DNA of 64,000 nucleotides, from contig JBODTK010000001.1 in assembly GCA_050613775.1 (NCBI GenBank), forward strand, positions 496,001-560,000. Direction: 5' to 3'. This document shows positions 55,978-64,000 of the stretch, piece after piece; position 1 is the stretch's first letter; every line of letters begins with the position of its first letter. Source of the DNA: Neocallimastix sp. 'constans' (lineage: Eukaryota). Both the position numbers and the translations under genes were made by a program. The notes under the pieces were generated by a model, which saw only the letters and a list, made by a program, of their open reading frames with translations, was not told where the DNA came from and did not search any database.

Positions 55978-56325
55978 CCCTCTGGGGTTTTACTTGAAGG
56001 GTTAGGGATTAAATGATACTCCGTCAGGTAGGTAATGTTTTTTAATATTTCTAACACTTTAAGAATTCCATGGCGTAAGCCCGAGTCTGAGAGGATTACA
56101 GTTTCCCGCTCCTCTGGGATGGCAAGGATGTCACCTGTAGTGGGCTCTGCTTTCCCTTTGAGGATCGTGTAGAGTGTTTCTCTATGAAGTTTCTTGGTTT
56201 ATGGGGAGTTGCGAGCGTCGATGCCGTAGACGCCGTACCGTTATGACAGTTAAACATACACCTATATTAACATATGGAAAGAGACAAAAGTCTTCAATCT
56301 AAAAAAAACAAAACAAAAAAAAAAA
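55978..56325 (+). mobile_element. SINE-like poly(A) retroposon, family A, copy 3 (diverged subtype)
   Basis: Colinear with the reverse complement of copy 1 from ccct(c/t)tggg to gtcttca(a/g)tct, followed by an A-rich tail. Flanks differ from copies 1 and 2. Confidence 0.82.
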
Positions 56326-56454
56326 CTCAATAAAATAATAATAGATTGTCAATATTTAGAATAATTTAAAATTAATTTAAATTATTAATAAATACAAGGA
56401 TCTAGTATAAATCCAAAAGATGAATAGTGATGGACAGCATTAATAGATGCTATA

Positions 56455-56486
<32 letters not shown>

Positions 56487-57052
56487 GTGATATAATCAAA
56501 TTTCTGATTGAAAAACAAAAAAAAAAAAAAAAAAAAATAAAAATAAAGTTGATATTGAAATATTTTTTAACTAAAAAGGGAACGAACCTAAGAACATTTA
56601 TAATTAATAAAATTTTACAGTTAAAAAAATAAAAAAAATAAAAATAAAAATAAAAATAAAAATAAAAATAAAAATAAAAATAAAAATAAAAATAAAAATA
56701 AAAATAAAAATAAAAAATAAAAATAAAAATAAAAAATATATATATATTTATATTTAAAGTTCAACGAATATAGATTACGAGAAAGACCTGTTGAAAAGAA
56801 TATATTAATATTAAATGAAATATTTTTTTTTAATTCAAATTTAAAAAAAAAATGTATTAAATAAAATATTTTTTTTAATTCAAAGTTAAAAATATATATA
56901 TATATATTTATAGTATTTATAACATTTATATAAGAATATGCCCTCAAAAGTACAATATTAATGAACAAGATAATGAAATGATGGATAGTCACCGGTAAAG
57001 TATACGATTTGTACTAATAAAAATATATCAAAGGGAACAAAATTATTAATTG

Positions 57053-57097
<45 letters not shown>

Positions 57098-57136
57098 AAA
57101 GAGGTCAATTCATTAAGGTTCATTAAATAAAAAAAA

Positions 57137-57485
57137 CCCTCTGGGGTTTTACTTGAAGGGTTAGGGATTAAATGATACTCCGTCAGGTAAGTAATGTTTT
57201 TTAATATTTCTAACACTTTAAGAATTCCATGGCGTAAGCCCAAGTCTGAGAGGATTACAGTTTCCCGCTCCTCTGGGATGGAAAGGACGCCACCTGTAGT
57301 GGGCTCTGCTTTCCCTTTGAGGATCGTATAGAGTGTTTCTCTATGAAGTTTCTTGGTTTATGGGGAGTTGCGAGCGTCGATGCCGTAGACGCCGTACCGT
57401 TATGACAGTTAAACATACACCTATATTAACATATGGAAAGAGACAAAAGTCTTCAATCTAAAAAAAACAAAACAAAAAAAAAAAA
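57137..57485 (+). mobile_element. SINE-like poly(A) retroposon, family A, copy 4
   Basis: Near-identical to copy 3, within the second tandem duplication. Confidence 0.82.
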
Positions 57486-57614
57486 CTCAATAAAATAATA
57501 ATAGATTGTCAATATTTAGAATAATTTAAAATTAATTTAAATTATTAATAAATACAAGGATCTAGTATAAATCCAAAAGATGAATAGTGATGGACAGCAT
57601 TAATAGATGCTATA

Positions 57615-57658
<44 letters not shown>

Positions 57659-57687
57659 GTGATATAATCAAATTTCTGATTGAAAAA

Positions 57688-57722
<35 letters not shown>

Positions 57723-60700
57723 AAAATAAAGTTGATATTGAAATATTTTTTAACTAAAAAGGGAACGAACCTAAGAACATTTATAATTAATAAAATTTTA
57801 CAGTTAAAAAAATAAAAATAAAAATAAAAATAAAAATAAAAATAAAAATAAAAATATAAAAAAAAATATCCAAAATTGTTTAAATTGTTTTGCCAAATAT
57901 TATTATAAATATCACTATTCATTTATACATTCAAAAATTTATATTTTGATCCTCATTAGTTGATGTAAACTTTTTATATTTTTTTTTTCTTTCCTACTTA
58001 TTTATTTTATTTATTATTAACATATCTATCTATCTATTTATTTATTTATTATTTACTTTTTAATTAATTTTTTATTATTTATTACTTATTATTTATTATT
58101 ATTTATTATTTATTACTTATTATTTATTATTTATTATTCAATTATTTATTATTTATTACTTATTGTTTATTATTATTTATTATTTATTACTTATTATTTA
58201 TTATTTATTATTCAATTATTGATTATTGATTATTTAATTATTTAATTATTGATTATTTTTAATTATTTATTTAAAAATGTTTATGTTAATATTCATATAT
58301 AAATATTGATTATTTATATCTTTATATATTAATTATGTCATTTTGGCATTTTATTTAAACATTATTTTAAAATAAATAAATAAATAAATAAAAAAGTAAG
58401 AAAGAAAAAAAGAAAGTAAGAAAGAAAGTAAGAAAGAAAGAAAGTAAGAAAGAAAGAAAGAAAGAAAGAAAAAAGAAAAGGAATAGAAGAAATCACATAC
58501 TAATTGATAAGGGTTATCAATTTGCTTTAGAAACAATCCAAAAGATTAGGTTATATTAATAGATTATAGTTTTTTTTAAAATGAAAACAAATAATTTTTT
58601 TTTTTAAATTAAATAAATATTATTTTAAATTTTATTATTTGGTTATAAAATGTTAAGTATAATTATATCGATATCTATAGATATTCCTTTTTAAATAACC
58701 AAATAATTTTAAATGTATATTTTTTATTTTATTTTATATATCTTCATATATTTATAGAGAAATTTATATCAATTTAATGTACTACTTAATTTTTATAAAT
58801 TTAGATTTTAAAAATTCTAAAACCAAAGTATCAAATCGTTAGAGAATATTAAAAAAAATAAAATAAAATAAAACAAGGCATATTAACATTATAAATAATT
58901 TGATTTATTTTTATTTTATTTTTATTTTATTTATTATATTATGTTATTATATTTTTTTAATAATTCATATAACTAATATTATTATTATATTATTATAAAA
59001 GGTGTATATCTGTTATCATAAAAATGATTTAAAATATATTTCATACTATTTTTTTTTTTTTTATTATTTTTTTCCCCTCTTAACAAATATTTAAAAAAGT
59101 TTAAATCCAAAGAAAAAAATTAAAACATAAAAATATTAAAAATAAAAATATTTTTCTAATAAATTAAGTTATAAAATAAAGAAATAGAAGAAAATTTAAA
59201 AAATATTATATTTATTATACTTTTTTTTTTTTTATTTTTTTTTAAAAAAAAAAATTAAATTTTATTTATAAATAATAAATAAAATAAATTAATATGAAAA
59301 TAACTTTTATTATTATTATTATTATTGTTATTATTGTTACTACATTATTAACATTATTAACATTATTATTATTTATTATTTATTATAAAATTAAATTATT
59401 ATTTATTATAATTATTATTTATAATTATTATTTATTATTTATAATTATTATTTATTATAATTATTATTTATTATTATTATTTATTATAATTATTAATTAT
59501 TTTATTTTATTAATAAAAGTTTTATGTAACTAACAATTATAATAATCTAATCTTTTATTATAGTTTGAAATTATTAAATTAGTTATTTGCATTTATCAAT
59601 ATATATAATAAATTTTCTTTTTAATTTTTATTTTATTTTTATATATATATATTTATTATGATATTTATTTATATATATATTTATTATGATATTTATTTAT
59701 ATATATATTTATTTATTATAATGTATATTTATTTATTCAATTATTTGTATTATTTAATTATTAACTATTTAATTATTAATTATTTAATTATTTAATTATT
59801 CAATTATTTAATTATTTATTTTTCAAAGTCATAAAAATATGCTTCAAACATAGAATTCTTTTCATAGAAACTAAAAATTCTTACAACATAAATATAAATT
59901 ATTTTAATATTTTTTAATATTTTTTAATATTTTTTTTAATTTTTTTTTAATATTTTTTTAATATTTTTAAAATTTTTTTTTTTTTTCTCTTTTTTGTATT
60001 CTTTATTTATTCCAAAACTTTAAAAAAAATTTCAAAAGAATTAATAAAAAATAATGGTAAACATTTTTATTTTTATTTTTTAGTGTTCAAACTTTAAAAT
60101 TATGAAAAATAAAATCTTTAAATTAAACTTTTTTAATTTATTATTACATTTTGTGTTACATTAATTTAATTTAATTTATTGGCCAAAAAATTATTTTTTT
60201 ATTATTTAAATTTTTTTTTTTTAGCGGTAATCAAATTTTTTTTTTTTTTTTTTTTTATTTAATGGTTAAACTCGTAATTCCATTTTGTTTTATTTCATCT
60301 GTACTGGTACATTTCTTACTATTTATTTTATTTCATCTGTACTAGTACATTTATATTTCTTATTATTTATTTTATTTTTTATTATTTTTATTATTAATTT
60401 TATATCTATTCTTTATTTTATAGTTATTATAATTTATTAATTTTATTATTGATTATATATCTATTCTTATTATTTTATAGTTTATATTTTTTTCATTATT
60501 TTTATTATTGATTTTATATCTATTCTTTATTTTATAGTTCATGTTTTTTTAATTATTTTATTTTAATCTGTACTTTTACATTTCCACTATTTATTTATTT
60601 ATTTTTTATTAATAATTTTAATAACTTTAAATAGTATTATTTTTGTTTTGTTTCGTTTTTTGCTTTATTAAAAATAGATTAATTCATCATATCATATTAT

Positions 60701-63700
60701 ATCATTAGTAACTTTATTTATAATTATTATGATAAAGCATTTCCTTTGATGGAAATTTTATTAAACCTATTCAATTTATTATGATATATCATTTGTACTG
60801 CTAAATATATTCTGTATCAATACAATTTATATTCTATAGATACTGTTTATTATTATGATTTGACTAAATGTATAAAAATATTAATCTATTTATCATGCAT
60901 ATCATATTATTAATAATATAAACAATATATTTTTCTATATATTATATTATTATATCATTTATTATTATTTATTATTTATTTATTTATTAATATTTATTTA
61001 TTTATTTATTAATATTTATTTATTTATTAATTATTAGTCAATTTATTATTTATTAGTATATTTTACAATTTCATAACATATTAATTAATTTAATTATTTA
61101 TATATTTTAAATTTAATCAATGTAACATAGTTAACTTTTTTATTATTTCAATGAATTCCTTAATTTATTTCTATTAATATAAAGGTGTAACATATTAAAT
61201 TAATAATCATTACTATCACTGAATAATAATAAGAATATTAAATATGAATTATTATGTATTATTATGTATTATTATGTATTATTATTATGTATTATTATTA
61301 TGTATTATTATTTTAATTATTTATTTTAATGATTAATTATTATTTATTATTATTATTTATTAAACTTGCTATTTATTGGTTGATTAATTGATTTTAAATT
61401 TTTTTTTTTTTTTAATTTAATAATATTAAACATAAAATATTACTTGAAATTTATTTTTTTATACATTTGATCTTGCATAATAAATATAATAAATAGTATA
61501 TATATATAATAAATAGTATATATATAATAAATAGTATGTATATAATAAATAGTATATATATAATAAATAATATGTATATATATAATAAATAGATATATAT
61601 AATAAATAATAAATAAATATATATATTTTTGATTAATTATTTATTGAATTAATTTAAAGTTATCAAATGATTGCATGTTGAGTTATATCTAAGGTAAAAG
61701 GATCATTTTTATTTTAAATGATAATATTTCATCCTATTTATAATAGTATAGATATTATATATATTTATATTCATATAATATGTATAGTTTAATATTTGAA
61801 TATTTATTTATATTTATTTATATATCTATATCTATTTTATTTTTATATTATTTTATATTCATTTCTATATTATTATTTATTTTATATTATTATTTATTTT
61901 TATATTATTATTTATTTTATATTATTTTATATTCATTTCTATATTATTATTTATTTTATATTATTATTTATTTTATATTATTATTTATTTTATATTATTA
62001 TTTATTTTATATTATTATTTATTTTATATTATTATTTATTTTATATTATTATTTATTTTATATTATTATTTATTTTATATTATTATTTATTTTATATTAT
62101 TTCTTTACTATTTCCACATAATTTTTACTCTCTATTATTGTTTGTTACTTCTATTGACAAGTAAAATGCATTAAAACTATTTTTAATTTTTCATTCTTCT
62201 TTTGTTAATTTTCATCTATTCAATCATTTAAAATTTTATTGGTATCAATGAAAATTGTACTCATCTGTTGCCTCAACTTTTTTTTTTTTTTTTTGTCATC
62301 CAAAATTTATTTTCTTTTCTATTTTATTATAAAAATAATAATTAATAATAATTAATAATAATATTTATTTATTTATTATTTCATTATTTTTTTTATTATT
62401 ATTTCATTATTTATTTAATAAAAACTTTTTTATTATTATTTCATTTCATTATTCAATTCTTAATTATTTTATTATTTATTATTTTATTATTCAATTATTC
62501 AATTATTAATTCTTAATTATTCCACAATGTTTTTATTTTTATTTTTATTTTCTCAGAGTATCATTATTTCTAATTAAAATTAAATATATATATAATTAAA
62601 TATATATATATTATACAATATATAAAATGTATTATTTAAAATTAATATATAAATAAATAATAATAGAAACAAATTCAGCATAGCGAAGGTATGCCTATGT
62701 ACTACTTAATAACTACAAATATAAATATTTTATTCAAGAGGAAAAGGTTATTGAATAGAAGGAAGGTTTTCATTGCCTTTTTGAATAATTAAAATAAAAA
62801 TATAAAAATTTATTTTGATATTATATATATATAAAAAAAAAAAAAAAAGAATAATAAAATTTTATTATTCATCTCTTTAAATCCCTACCTATAAAAAATT
62901 AACAATATGCAGATTTATAGGATAATATTTAACAATTTCATAAATAAATAAAAATTATTTTTTATATTATTTATTTATTTATTTAATTAAAATTTATTAA
63001 TTTATTTATTTAATTAAAATTATTTATTTTTTTATTTATTTATTTTTTTTGTTTTTAGAATTTTTGTGTTTTTGGAAAAGACACAACATAAATTATAATA
63101 ATTAATAATTAATAATTAATAATTTTTTATATAAAAATTTAAAATTTAAAATAATTATATAATAATAAAATGAAACTCTTTTTTTTTTCATTCTCTTTTA
63201 TATATTTTTTGTATCCTTTCTAAAGATTAAATACGTTAAATGCATTTTTATTTATATTTAATAAATACATTAAATAAAATAATGGATGGAAAAAAAAAAG
63301 ATAGGAAAGGGAAAGGAAAAAAAACATTAATTATTATTATTATTATTATTTTTATTATAATTTATTATAATTCTAAAAGTTTATAGTAATGAGTTTATTT
63401 AATAGATATTCTCTCTTCTTTATATAAACATGAATTCTTTATTATAAATTCTTTATTTTTTTATTATTTGTTTTAAATTATTAAATCTTTATTATTATAT
63501 CTTTATTATTGTATCTTTATTATTAAATTTTTATTATTATATCTTTATTATTGTATCTTTATTATTAAACTTTTATTATTATATCTTTATTATTAAATCT
63601 TTATTAGTTATGATTATTTTCTTAACTCCTGTAGTTCGTTAAAATCTTTATTATTTATTATTACTTTTTATCTCCTATTTTTTAATAAATCCATATATTT

Positions 63701-64000
63701 TATGACTTCATAATTCATTTTATTCTTTATTGTAAGCTTCTTGACTAATCTTTATTATGAAATATTTTAAATTGTTCATTTAATCTATTCTTCATTATAT
63801 AATTTTTATTATTTAATATAACTTTATTCTTTTTTTTTTTTTTTTTAAATTATTAAATCTTTATTATTTATTTATGATTGAATATGCCATCATTGATTAT
63901 TTGTTATGAATTTTTTATTATTTACTATTGATTAGTAAAACAAGATTATTAATTATTGAATTTTCATTTATAAAAAAAATTTATTAAATCGTATTATCTA

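Larger units (their letters stand above)
55575..57815 (+). repeat. Tandem duplication, unit ~1.17 kb (~55575-56630 and ~56745-57815)
   Basis: Shared tatttaaagt..gagaaagacc..gccctcaaaagtac..SINE-like copy..gggaacgaacctaagaac..tttacagttaaaaaaat, with scattered substitutions. Confidence 0.9.

Noticed and set aside
56085..56100. ctgagagga as a hammerhead core or RNase P CR-I motif
   Set aside because: Does not fit CUGANGA with a downstream GAAA, and there is no complementary CR-V partner.
55836..57243. ORFs MLEILKNITYLTEYHLIPNPSSKTPEG in both tandem units
   Set aside because: Antisense to the SINE-like element, running into poly(T), and the frame is not conserved in copies 1 and 2.

Overview
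Extremely AT-rich eukaryotic genomic DNA with GT-AG introns and long homopolymer and microsatellite tracts. The gene content (CotH with paired fungal dockerins, scaffoldin-type Cys repeats, an S8 protease with CBM18 modules) points to an anaerobic gut fungus (Neocallimastigomycota); this assignment is inference. I built six gene models by hand. (1) A 5-exon gene at 444-4824 that fuses fungal scaffoldin-like exons to a 2.6-kb intronless exon resembling Bacteroidetes proteins and ending in an F5/8-type-C-like domain. (2) A Ser/Thr-rich single-pass membrane protein. (3) An 8-exon scaffoldin-like protein with a signal peptide and a GPI/TM tail. (4) A 3-exon CotH-dockerin protein. (5) A 130-aa secreted protein. 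(6) An intronless subtilisin-CBM18 protein. The non-coding DNA holds several GC-rich islands. These include four copies of a ~345-nt poly(A)-tailed SINE-like element (two with a perfect 14-bp target-site duplication), a Mutator-like TIR element whose empty site is also in the window, a MITE, a second two-copy dispersed family, and several candidate structured RNAs of unknown identity. Most short ORFs in the track are microsatellite or antisense artefacts.
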